A stretch of DNA of 62,853 nucleotides, counting the filler, from Licmophora abbreviata (Eukaryota), in the NCBI GenBank assembly GCA_900291995.1. It is 8 parts of 8 records of this genome, joined end to end, with 100 filler letters (N's around TTAATTAATTAA, not from the genome) between each part and the next. Parts side by side here need not be neighbours in the genome. Positions count along the whole stretch, not along the records: positions 20,713 to 24,234 come from OLMU01000087.1; positions 24,335 to 26,459 come from OLMU01000088.1; positions 26,560 to 43,538 come from OLMU01000090.1; 5 more parts are not named here. One strand, 5' to 3'. Positions 23,681 to 34,866 of this stretch are shown piece after piece (the stretch's first letter is position 1; every line of letters starts with the position of its first letter). The position numbers and the translations under genes were made by a program. The notes under the pieces are model-generated. The model was given only the letters and a program-made list of their open reading frames with translations, searched no databases and was not told where the DNA came from.

Positions 23681-24234
23681 TTAGCGCTTCTTGGTTGCCT
23701 GTCTCTGCCGTTGTAGGTCTTTCTTGTACATGATCATACTCTTGCGCTTGGCCTCATCGGGCCGTTCCTTCAAGCCGTTGACACGTCCAGATGCGCCCAT
23801 ACTCTTGCGACTGTAGTACTCCATTGCATCGGATTCCCCTACAACTTCCTCCTCCTCTTCAGCGAGAGACTTAAGATCCGTCATACTCCTGTAGTTACGC
23901 CGTATGGGTGTAACGACAATCTTGGGCCGAATCTTCTTCTGAGAAGGCGTGATGGGGGTAACTTCCTCCACCTTGGCCGCATCGCCCACTCCGCCGGTGG
24001 CGTTTGCTTCCTGTCTGGCAAGAATGGCGTCGCGGAACGAGGGGATCTTCTTGATCGTGACTTTCGACGTCGTCGAAGTCATAGATATGATCGACGGCGG
24101 GGCAGAAACTAGCACATGGCTGCTAGACTCATCGTCGTCGCGCAAGGCCGGCTCCTCTTCTACTTCATCGTGGCGCTCCAATACAGCCTCCAAGTCGAGG
24201 CTCCGATCCAAGTACCGCAAATCAGGAGAGGAAG
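23681..24234 (-). CDS. Hypothetical protein, 3' part (5' in gap)
   Basis: Open frame from the gap edge to a stop at 23681; coding-like composition; no family recognised. Confidence 0.6.
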
Positions 24235-24800
24235 NNNNNNNNNNNNNNNNNNNNNNNNNNNNNNNNNNNNNNNNNNNNTTAATTAATTAANNNNNNNNNN
24301 NNNNNNNNNNNNNNNNNNNNNNNNNNNNNNNNNNCAATCATTCTCCTCGGCGACATCACCTGGGAGGTCCTGGTGCCACGTGACACGATTGGGCTTCGGA
24401 AGGCCATGAGCCTCATTTAACGTCGGCCAAAGGTCGGTCTGGTTCTGTTCCGTCATCATGGTGATAAACGAGCGTTGGCGTATTCTAAAAAATCGATCGT
24501 TCCTTCGTTCTCTTGCTCTCGTGAGTGACAGCGCCCATCAGCAGCGACATCACTTGATCATCATGTCGAATGTCGGGCGTCAATCGAGTGGCGACGATGG
24601 AAGCGAGAGAACAGGACAGATTGCGAGGAAATGTCACTGCCATAAGTACGAATGTGACAAAGTTCGCATTTTCAAATGGTATCTTCGTTAATCCTTCATG
24701 AAGGTTGCCAATGTCAAAGCCGCAACTTGCCATTTTGAATTCACTCCCGGATTGCACAGAACCATCGACTCCATCACACTCCGCCGCGCACCTCTTCACC

Positions 24801-26386
24801 ATGGCGATGACGAGAATGTGGGTTGCCGTTCTGGCAGTGCTGCTGTCACTAGGCGCGCTGACCTTGCCCGTCGAGGCCATCAAGGGACGACGGCGCTACC
24901 TGCATTCCAGCGACGATCGACGGCGGAGAGACGCAGAAGATGACACGACCGACGGCTTACGAAAGAAGTCCAAGTCGCCCAAGTGCGAGGATCTAGAGGA
25001 TGATCCCAATCTTCGAAAAAAGGAAGATTACGCCCACTGCAGCCCTTCCCCGAAGCCGACCGTGCCTGTTGTCAGTAAGTTTGAAAAAAAACATGTATTG
25101 CGCGAGGCAACAAAAAGAAGAATATGCGTTGTGCTCACCGTATTGTTCTCCCTTTTCTTCCTGGCGCCTGGTACTCCCTGCAATCTAGCACCCGCGCCTA
25201 CGGTAAGTATTCCGAATAGTCCTCACTTACATTCTTCATCCTTAGGCTCTTTTATATCTCTAACATGCTGTGTCTTGTCGCTTTGCTTCGCCTCCAGCCG
25301 GTTCCTTCTGTGATGCCAACTAGAGCCCCTTTGATGACGCCCGCACCTTACTCGACACCGGCACCTTTCGCGACACCAGCACCAATAAGCGACACTGCCC
25401 AAAGTGCCGCTTGTACGACTGCTTCCCAAGGAGGCATCTACAGAACCTCACGCTCCATCGATGTTCCATATATTTACGAACTAGTCACGTACGCCGACAG
25501 TGATCCTGAGCAAGTCGGCGTGAGTGTCGACACAGCTGTCCACAGCTTCCTTCTCGATAGAATGATTGATTGCGGCAATCGCCGACGCCACCTGTTTTCG
25601 GAACGACAACTCACAGCACTAGGTGTCGGACCTGGTACACTGGACACTGTAGCCGATGGCGACTGTGTCAACCTATCTCCCACTGACCCCAACACGCAAG
25701 TGTGTCGCAACATGCGAGGCTCAGTCGAACTGTTCCTCGACATAGCTTCGAGCTGGACCGACGACGAAGGAGCATGGATTGTCTACCAACTCCTCGGAAA
25801 CGCTTACAATGGTGCATCTCGTCCCCTCCAGGATGGATCGTTTGTTGATCCCAGCAAGGGTATACTCGATCTATACTTTGTCCGAGGTCTCATCGACACC
25901 ACGACGGACCCGTCGCCCGCCGAAGTAGTCGATACGCCCGGATCCGGAGAAAATGGCATGTCCGCCATGACATTGGCGCTTGTCATTTCAGGTACTGTGC
26001 TAATGGTGTTGGCGGGAACACTGCTTGTCCTACACAGGCGTCGCAAGTCGGCACGCCACCAAGAATTCGACGGCAGCGAAAAGGACGACGACGACGACAC
26101 AATGGGAACTCTAAGGGCCGTCTCAACCGATGACCTGGAAGATCGCCATCGTTCCACCTCTTGCTTTCGAAATGTTGCAGCCAAGGCGAAAGAAGAAGAC
26201 CTGGAAGCCATGCGTCAACCCAGTCCAGAGCAGATTTTGAAAGATCTCGGGAGTATGGCTCTATCCGAATCGCTCTCCCGCGAAGAGTTTGTCGATCCCT
26301 TCTTCGTCAGAGCTGACGCGCCTGTCTTGACCCCAAGCATGTATCCGAAGAGAAACTATGTCATTAGCGACACCGTCGAGTTCTAG
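24801..26386 (+). CDS. Type I single-pass membrane protein with signal peptide, RxL motifs and Pro/Thr-rich stalk; exons 24801-25074, 25189-25202, 25298-26386
   Basis: Signal MAMTRMWVAVLAVLLSLGALTLPVEA; RRYL and RRHL/RQL; Cys-containing lumenal domain; TM LALVISGTVLMVLAGTLLVL followed by HRRRK. Confidence 0.8.
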
Positions 26387-26423
26387 ACCGGCCTTCACCG
26401 TCGAGTTCTAGACCGGCCTTCAC
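26371..26423 (+). repeat. Perfect 25-bp tandem duplication spanning the stop codon
   Basis: CACCGTCGAGTTCTAGACCGGCCTT at 26371-26395 and 26396-26420, plus CAC. Confidence 0.95.
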
Positions 26424-26634
26424 GCGCTAGAGTTGCGCACTTCAGACTGCCGTTTTTGANNNNNNNNNNNNNNNNNNNNNNNNNNNNNNNNNNNNNNNNN
26501 NNNTTAATTAATTAANNNNNNNNNNNNNNNNNNNNNNNNNNNNNNNNNNNNNNNNNNNNGTTGTCGCGTAAAGTGGTTGTCCTCTTGGCACACACTGTCT
26601 CTCACTTTTCTTTCCACACCCTGTTCACTTAAAG

Positions 26635-28302
26635 ATGGAAGAGACAGCATCACAGCTACTTGGAGAAGAGATGGAATCAAGGGTTCCCAAGATGGAAGCC
26701 CCGATCGACCCGGATGGCAAGCGAGGGCTTAAGGTTCTTTTCTTGTCGTCGGACACGGGAGGTGGCCATCGCGCTAGTGCCGAGTCGCTCGGAAAGCAGT
26801 TTCAGCTTTTGTATCCTGGTACTACTTTTATTCTGCACGACATGCAGGAACACGAGGGCACGTATCCGTACTCGTCTCTCGTCAATACGTACAAGCATCT
26901 CAGTGCTCATCCGACCCAGTGGAAGATTGTCTACGGTGTGTCGAATTCTCGAGCCTTTGAAATGCTCGCAGACGTCCATCTCAAGCTTATGTGCGAACGC
27001 GCAGTGCGCAAACGAATCATGAGCTATGATCCAGACGTAGTCATCAGTGTGCATCCGCTCATGACCAATGTTCCTGTGCTTAGCTGTGCCAAAATTAGTC
27101 ACCAGACGGGACGGCATCTTCCCATGTTTACTGTTGTGACGGACTTGGGTTCCGCGCACTGTCTTTGGTTTGCAAACGGCGTTGAAAAGATGTTTGTGGG
27201 ATCCGAACAGATTCAGAAGCTGGCAAAAGAGCGAGGCAAGGTCCCAGACGAAAAACTCATCATGTCGGGACTGCCTATTCGACCCGACTTTGCCGTCCAA
27301 GCAGACCTACTGGGAGATCGCATGTCGCCAGAGGGCGTCGAGTATCAGAGGAAAGTAAGATCTGACTTGGAGTTGCCCCATGTTGACCGAGCAACGTTAC
27401 TGGTCATGGGAGGAGGCGAAGGGGTTGGCTCCTTGTCGTCGATTGTGAACTCTCTCTACGTCGAACTTGTCGTTCAAGGCATTGACGCACTCGTATTAGT
27501 TGTGTGTGGACGAAATGAGAAATTGAGAAAGTCACTGGACGAGCGCGACTGGGATGAAGTGATGCATCTTCACTTTCTCGCTAAGGAGAATCGTCTTCAG
27601 AGTATGTCTGTGTGCGGCAGCGAGAGCTTTGCCGGGACTGCCGGATGCATGGAGGAGAGTCTTGTCACGAAGCAGATTCGAAAGATTCTAAGTACGGGAA
27701 GTCTCGAAAGTCCAGTGAGTAGTCTGCCGCCGCCGACGACAGCGAACGTGATGGCGTCAACACAAAATTTTGCCAAGCCGCCTCGTCCGCCTGGAGTGGA
27801 GTCCGCACCAAGATCAGGGTCGCCTGCGGAAACGGAAGATTATGGAGCGTCGACGTTTACGTTTGACGGGTCGGTTCCAAGCCCCCCGAAGGAAGGAGAG
27901 GTGTCTGTAGTCGGCCTCGGCTTTGTTACGAGAATGGCGGAATACATGGTCGCTGCCGATATTCTAGTATCAAAGGCTGGACCTGGAACAATCTCAGAGG
28001 CAGCGGCTGTGTCGTTGCCAGTCATGTTGACGAGCTACCTTCCAGGACAGGAAGAAGGAAATGTAGATTATGTCATTGACGGAGGGTTTGGAGCCTTCTG
28101 CAGTGACTCGGACCCGGCTGGTATTGCGGAGGAGGTGTCATCGTGGCTGAAAGATGGCGACAAGATGGAATTGTTGAGCAAGGCTGCGAAGGCGAAGGGA
28201 GCTCCACACGCCGCGCGAGATATTGCAAAATCTATCGGCGACAGTACACTGAAATGGCGGGAACTCAACGAGGAGCGACAAGCGCTTCGCAACACATCGT
28301 AG
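26635..28302 (+). CDS. MGD: Monogalactosyldiacylglycerol synthase (GT28); 5' exon possibly in gap
   Basis: SDTGGGHRASA, VISVHPLM, TVVTDL, MGGGEG, VCGRN, KAGPGTISEA, PGQEEGNV. Confidence 0.95.
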   Translation: MEETASQLLGEEMESRVPKMEAPIDPDGKRGLKVLFLSSDTGGGHRASAESLGKQFQLLYPGTTFILHDMQEHEGTYPYSSLVNTYKHLSAHPTQWKIVYGVSNSRAFEMLADVHLKLMCERAVRKRIMSYDPDVVISVHPLMTNVPVLSCAKISHQTGRHLPMFTVVTDLGSAHCLWFANGVEKMFVGSEQIQKLAKERGKVPDEKLIMSGLPIRPDFAVQADLLGDRMSPEGVEYQRKVRSDLELPHVDRATLLVMGGGEGVGSLSSIVNSLYVELVVQGIDALVLVVCGRNEKLRKSLDERDWDEVMHLHFLAKENRLQSMSVCGSESFAGTAGCMEESLVTKQIRKILSTGSLESPVSSLPPPTTANVMASTQNFAKPPRPPGVESAPRSGSPAETEDYGASTFTFDGSVPSPPKEGEVSVVGLGFVTRMAEYMVAADILVSKAGPGTISEAAAVSLPVMLTSYLPGQEEGNVDYVIDGGFGAFCSDSDPAGIAEEVSSWLKDGDKMELLSKAAKAKGAPHAARDIAKSIGDSTLKWRELNEERQALRNTS

Positions 28303-28482
28303 AGTCGGTCGTTTCGGAGGGTGTAGACTCTTGCTATCCTACGTGAATAGAATTCAGTCGTTTTTACTCTCTTCATAATTAGCAGCGAGACAACCTCTAG
28401 GTGTGATGGTGCAGCTTGTCGGCAACATTCATACGGCACCCAGCGCTAAAAATAATATAACCTTGTCTCTGAAAGTATGGTT

Positions 28483-29994
28483 CTATGATATTCGCATCGC
28501 ACTGATCAAATCTGATGCTACCGATACTTCTACCCTTCGGTCCTGTCCTTTCTTTGAAGACCTGTGAGCATGCTGCTTGGCGGCAGCGGCACCGGTGGCG
28601 CATTCCGCCAACCGAAACTCTGCCCCAGAGAAATTGCCGGTCACCGTCAACAAACGCGCTTGGGTCATTCCCTGTATCTCCACGTCAATCGTCGTCGAGA
28701 CGGCGTGAAGTCCATGAAACTGTGCAACTGCGTGAAGGAGGAGTCGATGAAAACCTCCAGAAGTAGAATTGGAATTGAAAAAGAAGCGAGCAATGGTGTG
28801 TCCTGACTTCCGTCGCGTGACAGTGGGTGGCTCCAAGAGACACGTGATTGTCTTCGCAGATAACTTGGGCATCGCTCCTTGTCGAAAACAACGAATGAGG
28901 TAGAGTTCAAAGTCATTAACGAGCTTTGTTGATTCGAGAGAATTGGAGCACGCTCGAACTACAACTCTTCGGAGACGGTCGTGGATACGCCGCATCATAA
29001 CGTCGGGTGTAAGTTCAGCGTCGTGCTTCGACTCTTGTGGCCTCCGGCGTTGCTGGTGGGCAGAACCGGTGAAAAGACCAATTTCCCCCGCGAAAAAGCT
29101 GTCCCGCACATGTTTCATACTTTCATCTGAGATGAACCTGTCGTTCGGAATAAGGAGACACAGAAAGCCGTCTGAGAACAAAAGCAATGACAAGCAATTC
29201 TTCCTCTGTCGCAAAACACACACGTACTGGGCAATGTTCGGCTGAAGGGGCATTGTCTTGTGGGTCGAAAACCGAGAGATAGCGTGGAGCGTCCTCTCTT
29301 GCTTGTAGTAGAGTTTGTGCAACGGCAGGTCCACGAGAAGAGGCGTTGGCAAGTTCGGATGCCACTCCAACGAAGTTGTCGTTGTTCCAACGACGAAGCT
29401 TGCGATTGGACGGGCCTTGCTTGGATGACAAAGGCGTCGTCGGCCTTTCACTCTGCTCTCCTCCAATCTGGGCGCAAACAGAACACACAAGAACGAGATC
29501 AGCCACATGCGGTGTACCACAGGGCGACGTTCTTAGCTCATTTTGGCACTCACTCGTCTCGGCGCCAAAGATCCAACTGATATTCCTGCCACTAGTGGGC
29601 GCACTGTCACCCGCTGTCCTTCACGACGCGAGGGTGGAGGAGACACATCCTCAGAGCCTTGACGGCGAAAAGCACTGGGGCTCAGCGGACTTTCATATCG
29701 CATGGGGATTCTTGTCCTCGGGTTGGACCGTGGTCTTTCCATATAGGAAGAGTAGATAATGGTACCTCGCTGCTGAGGTGTAGATTCGTCGGAGCCCGGT
29801 GCATTTGCCACTTCCGAAATGTCGACGCCCGCTCTGGAGGCAAGAACCGCGAACGGAGACGACCGACGTGCTACTGTGTTCCCAGTGTCAGTTTCAGAGA
29901 GCTGGGCATCCCTTACTTGCCAGTTTCCGACACGACGAGGAGCAATCCGCTGATGGCGAGGTTCTTCCGAGTCAGAATTCTGATGATCACTCAT
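28483..29994 (-). CDS. R3H-associated/R3H domain protein (R3HDM4-like), 3 exons; apparent 1-bp frameshift ~29247-29250
   Basis: NRKLRRWNNDNF motif in exon 2; FHRLLLHAVAQFHGLHAVS (R-x3-H) near the C-terminus. Confidence 0.7.
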
Positions 29995-30351
29995 GTTAAT
30001 ATATACTGAACTTTTGCTTGTCTGAAAAAAAATTGCAACGCTCCTTTCGATTTTGTGACAATTGTACAAAGCAAGAATGAACCAAAGCCAACGGAAGAGA
30101 ATACCGTTGTTCTACAGTCTGTAACGGCTGAGACAAGCATCAAGGAGACTAACAAGACTGACACTTGCTTTGATGTGTGTGTCGTGTGTGTCTCTCGTCG
30201 AGACCACGCGATGACGAGTGACGATCGACATTGTACACGGTGACGGACAGACCCGTATTGAGTGTCATCCTCGGGTCAAGCTAATGTGAACCGGCGGCGA
30301 GAATACACAACTATAGACCCTAGCTTTAGTAACCACATACAGCAACGGAAC

Positions 30352-31769
30352 CTATGACCCCGCCTCCGCGAGATCACTCGGTTCCATGGCAGCATGCATT
30401 AGGTCACGGAGTTGTGATTGAAAAATGTTAACGAGGTCTGTTTCGTTCTCGTCGGGAAGCCGCGTCTCGGGCTTGGATTGCTCAATCCTTGAGGGTAGTG
30501 GGGACTTTTCAACTGGCTCAGACAATACTTCGAGCTGACTTCTATTCACAACAATGCTCGCCCGACTTGTCTGTGATCCGACTCTTCGCAGAAGGAACGA
30601 GCCCCCGGGCAATTGCTGCTCTACTTTCCCTACGATGCAGCACAAACGAATGGAGATGTAGACGGTGAGCGCGCCACTACTTTCACTGCCCCAATCGACT
30701 ATACAAATAAATGGTTCTCACCTATAGTTCCTCGGTATCGCCCCTCTCGCACTCGAACAAATCGGTCTGTACAATCAAGCATAAGTGAATTTTGGGGACG
30801 AACCGTTGCAGCGACTCGCAGTCTGCCGCCGCTTCGTCCCTCCCTAACAGTAGGCGTGGAGCTGCCAGTAGTTTCGTCCACATCTAACAACGACGGCTTG
30901 GACGCCCTTGCTTCGTTGAGAGGTGGCACGATGGGTTCATATGCGGCGTGTGCTAGTAGCACAGCCGGCAAGTCACGTACAGTGACAGCGCTCGAACCAG
31001 ATAGAATCTTTCCAATGGAACGATCAAAAACATCCAGTTCCAAGTCAGGATCTAAATGGCTCGTAGCGGGTACTATGGGGCGACTCTGAGCCAGGTCGAG
31101 CAGCACAGGCGGGAGCATCCTTTCGTTTCGTGGCCGAGAACTATTTTGGTCAGCACCAATAAACCGTTCTGGCAAAGCTGAATCGATCCAGGCGGATTGC
31201 CCAGTCGATTCTGTCTCGACTATGTCACTCACACGCAGCGATATGTGGGGGTCGTCTACTGGCACAGAAACATGCCTTCGCAGCCCAGCAGGATGAGGTA
31301 GCGGCGGTCTCTGACGACCACTCGATGGTCTTCTTCGCTTTCTCCACGAAGTGTTTCCACGCAAAGCACGTCCAATACCGCTATGTGTAGAAGTGTATCT
31401 CGATCTTTCCCATGTCGCAGGATCAATGTATCGCTCGTGATGTTTTCGCAGCTGATCCGGAATGCAGCAATCGCGCATTCGAGTAGAAAAGTACGCCGTC
31501 ATGACGTCGTCGCTAATGACATCCAAGAGAAGACAGGCCTTACAATGAACGACCTTTCCGACCGCCTCGGGGTGATCAAGCATCCACCAGCCTCTAATTT
31601 TTGTTCCAGTTATCCTTGCTTCGATTCCCTTGAATTGCCCCTTGAGGACACGAACACGTTTGCCTATATAGGGGTGCTGCAGGAGCGTGTCGCCATTGTC
31701 ACCACGAAGCGCCGCGTCGTCGACGTCGTCATCTCCATCTCGTTTCTCTCCGTTGCCAGCAAGATTCAT
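30352..31769 (-). CDS. KOW-BRK-KOW motif protein, 2 exons (intron ~30722-30630)
   Basis: IGKRVRVLKGQFKGIEARI (KOW); VFDRSIGKILSGSSAVTVRDLPAVLLAHAAYEP (BRK-like); DRFVRVREGRYRGTIG/KVEQQ (KOW, completed by splicing). Confidence 0.7.
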
Positions 31770-32062
31770 TCGTTCCGTGAAATGCCGTCACGTACTATCA
31801 GAACAGTGTTCAGGATGGTGGTCGCGTTCCTTTTGCTGATGTGCTGTAAGTGCCATGTGCTTCTTGATGAGAGAGGTCACCGCCGCGCAGATCGCGCACC
31901 GCACCCAGGAGCTCCTGACCTCACCGCACAAACTCTAAACTGTAAACTGCGAAGCTGTGACAGAGTACAGAATCGAGTGTCGAGTCGACTGCAACGAGCC
32001 TGTCTGAACGCTGAGCGCTATCTGTTTGAAAAAGAACTTATTGAAAGTTTGCGCATAAAAAA

Positions 32063-32281
32063 ATGAAATCGCATACGCAGACACTCGTCGCGACGCACAC
32101 GGTCCTGTTTGCACTCGGGGTTGCGCTGGGCTTCCAAATTAACAAGGACGAACTTGAAATGTACCGAAGTGCCCACGAAGGTTCCTTTTCTCGTTGGAAG
32201 CGACGCGCTGTGAACATTACTTTAGCTGCTGCATCCCTTACGACTGTGGCTGTGGCCATTCGATCCATGAGAAGGTCGTAG
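32063..32281 (+). CDS. Small (72 aa) two-TM hypothetical protein
   Basis: AAAAATG start context; two hydrophobic segments flanking a charged loop; fills otherwise intergenic space. Confidence 0.6.
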   Translation: MKSHTQTLVATHTVLFALGVALGFQINKDELEMYRSAHEGSFSRWKRRAVNITLAAASLTTVAVAIRSMRRS

Positions 32282-32393
32282 GCAGTGTAGTATGCGTGGT
32301 CGTAGCATAACCGTAAACTAGCAACAATACATATGCACCGGCTTAAGACTTAATGCCATTCGGTCGCTCTTTCGACTTTCCTGTGAGAGCAAG

Positions 32394-34406
32394 CTAAAGT
32401 TTAGAAGAGAATCCGAAAGGACATTTTCCTGCGGTGGGGACCATTCGTGGCGGCGACAACGACGATGGCACACGTTTCACCATGTCATTCCTCGGTTGAT
32501 TGGCAAGAATCACCTTGGCTTTATCACGAATCATCCTTCCGTAGTTGGGATCGGCGGCAGCGAAGTTCGCAATGGCACGTTCACGAATAAACTCTTGCGC
32601 ATGTGAAATGTGATTGGCAATGTTCGTCGTCAAGCGGTCGCGCGATGCGTCGTCCAGGACATTACGGAAGAAGTCACCACACTGCGAAAAGTTGTCCTCG
32701 TCCCCCGTTTCAGCTCGCACGACGTCGCCTGTCAGCGCTGGTCCCGAATGCCACCTGCCAGCCGCAGGTTTCGGTTGAGGGCCCATGAAACTGTTGGGGA
32801 AGTAGTTTGCTGCTCCTGCACCGTTCGCATGAACCATCATGGGACCATCGCGCTGGTAGTTATTAACTTTGACGTTCAGGGGCATGTTCACAGGGATGGA
32901 TTGGTAGTTGGGGCCAAGACGATGACGGTGTGTGTCGGGATACGAGAACAGGCGAGCCTGTAGCATCTTGTCGGGAGAAGGTTCCACTCCTGGAACAAGA
33001 TGCGACGGAGCAAACGCAAGCTGCTCAATTTCCGCAAAATAGTCGTCAGGATTTCGATCTAACACCATGCGACCCACTTCGTTAAGCGGAAAGTCCTTGT
33101 GAGACCAGATTTTGGTGAGATCGAAGGGGTTGAAAGGAACCGTCGCGGCCTGTTCATACGTCATAACCTGCATGTACAGAGTCCACGATGGAAACTTCCT
33201 ATCCTCAATAGCATTGTACAAGTCCCGAATCGCATAGTCTGGATCGGAAGATGCAAGCTTTGAAGCTTCCGACGCCTCAAGATTGGCAATACCTTGATCC
33301 GTCTTGAAGTGGTACTTGACATAGACAGCTTCACCAGAAGCGTTCACATTCTTGAACGTGTGGCTTCCATACCCATTCATATGACGATAGCCATCAGGCG
33401 TTCCGCGATCAGAGAAGAGAAACGAAACTTGGTGCGTCGTTTCTGGACGCAAGCCAATGAAATCCCTAGTAGGATTGCACAACCATCAGGTGGGACAGGT
33501 TAGTAGACATCGGTCGGGGCTGTCGTAGACATTTAGCACGACGTACCAAAACATGTCCGGGTCCGAAAGGTGAGTAGCAGGGTTGCGTTTCTGTGTGTGA
33601 ATAAAGCTGGGGAACAAAATCGGGTCTCGAAGAAAGAAGATCTGTCGTAAATGGCGTGCAATAAGAGAGAAGGGAAGGATCGAGCCATTCATCATTAGTC
33701 AGATGATAGACGACCAGGCGTTCCTAAACATTCAGTCGAATCTCCTGTCTGAGCCAGCAACTTACCGGTGTATTGTTCCCAACCAGGTCCCAGTTTCCTT
33801 CTTCAGTGTAGAACTTTACGGCGAAACCTCTGGGATCACGAGCTGTATCCGCGCTCCCGGATTCTCCTCCCACGGTCGAGAATCGTACTGCAACCTGTCG
33901 CGGCGCCAGAACCAAGAATCCATGAGTCGTTCTCAAATGAAAACGGACAACAGTTTCAAGCTAGAACATTCCCGTGCTACTCACTGGCGTGCGCTTTCCA
34001 ACTTGATCGAACAGCTTGGCCCTGCAAATTGATTTGGCAAAGGTGCTCGTCGTTTCGAAGTAGCCGAATGCCCCGGCGCCCTTTGCATGGACGACGCGTT
34101 CTGGAATCCTCTCCCGATCGAATTTTGACAAGTGATCTAGCAGTGTGAAATCCTGGAGCAAGATTGGGCCTCTGTTGGATTGCAAAGGCAGCGCACAATA
34201 TGAGCGAACTGTGGCGGCGGCGCCAACGCGAGTTTGGATCGAGCTGTCAGATACGCATCTTACCGATCTCCTGCGGTCATGGACGCGGTCAGCGTTTCCA
34301 CCGGCGCCCCATTGCTCGTTGTGAGAGTCATGGCCTTATCTTGAGCCATCGACGCATGCCGTTCCAGCTGATTTGAAGCAGCGTCGCGTGTATCGTTCGA
34401 CGCCAT
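32394..34406 (-). CDS. CAT: Monofunctional heme catalase, peroxisomal (PTS1 SKL), multi-exon
   Basis: [61 protein letters not shown]; ends FSSKL. Confidence 0.97.
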
Positions 34407-34866
34407 TGTCGATTGTCGCGTGATGAAGTTTTGGTGGGAGTAGGGTCAAAAAGGGCGATTTGGATCTTTCGACTCGACTGACTGACTCGATCGACTGCAG
34501 AGTCGAGTCAAAGCGGCATTGCACATGATGTTCAACGTCATCTACGATATGTGGTCAGTTATCTAAAGCAAGACCATGAAAGTTACAAATGGGCTAGAAT
34601 TTCGCCTCATACTGCGTTCCTATTTCGACAACAGTCCATACAACAAAGAAGATGAACAGAGGCGACTGACGAAATGGAAACGTGCCAAGTATAGATCGAT
34701 GACGGGGCTCGTTGCTCGTGACATGATCGAGGGGACCACTGTGACGCACGAAATACAACACATGACCCATTCCACCTATAGTGAATTTTTCATGTCACTT
34801 GGCATGCACGTCTCATTGCTCTGAATGCAATACTTTCAGGTGTCGAAGGCTTCACAAATACGTCAC

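Noticed and set aside
26560..26700. MGDG synthase apparently lacking a plastid presequence
   Set aside because: The ATG at 26635 is directly preceded by a pyrimidine tract and AG, 75 bp from a gap, so an upstream exon may be missing; targeting cannot be concluded.
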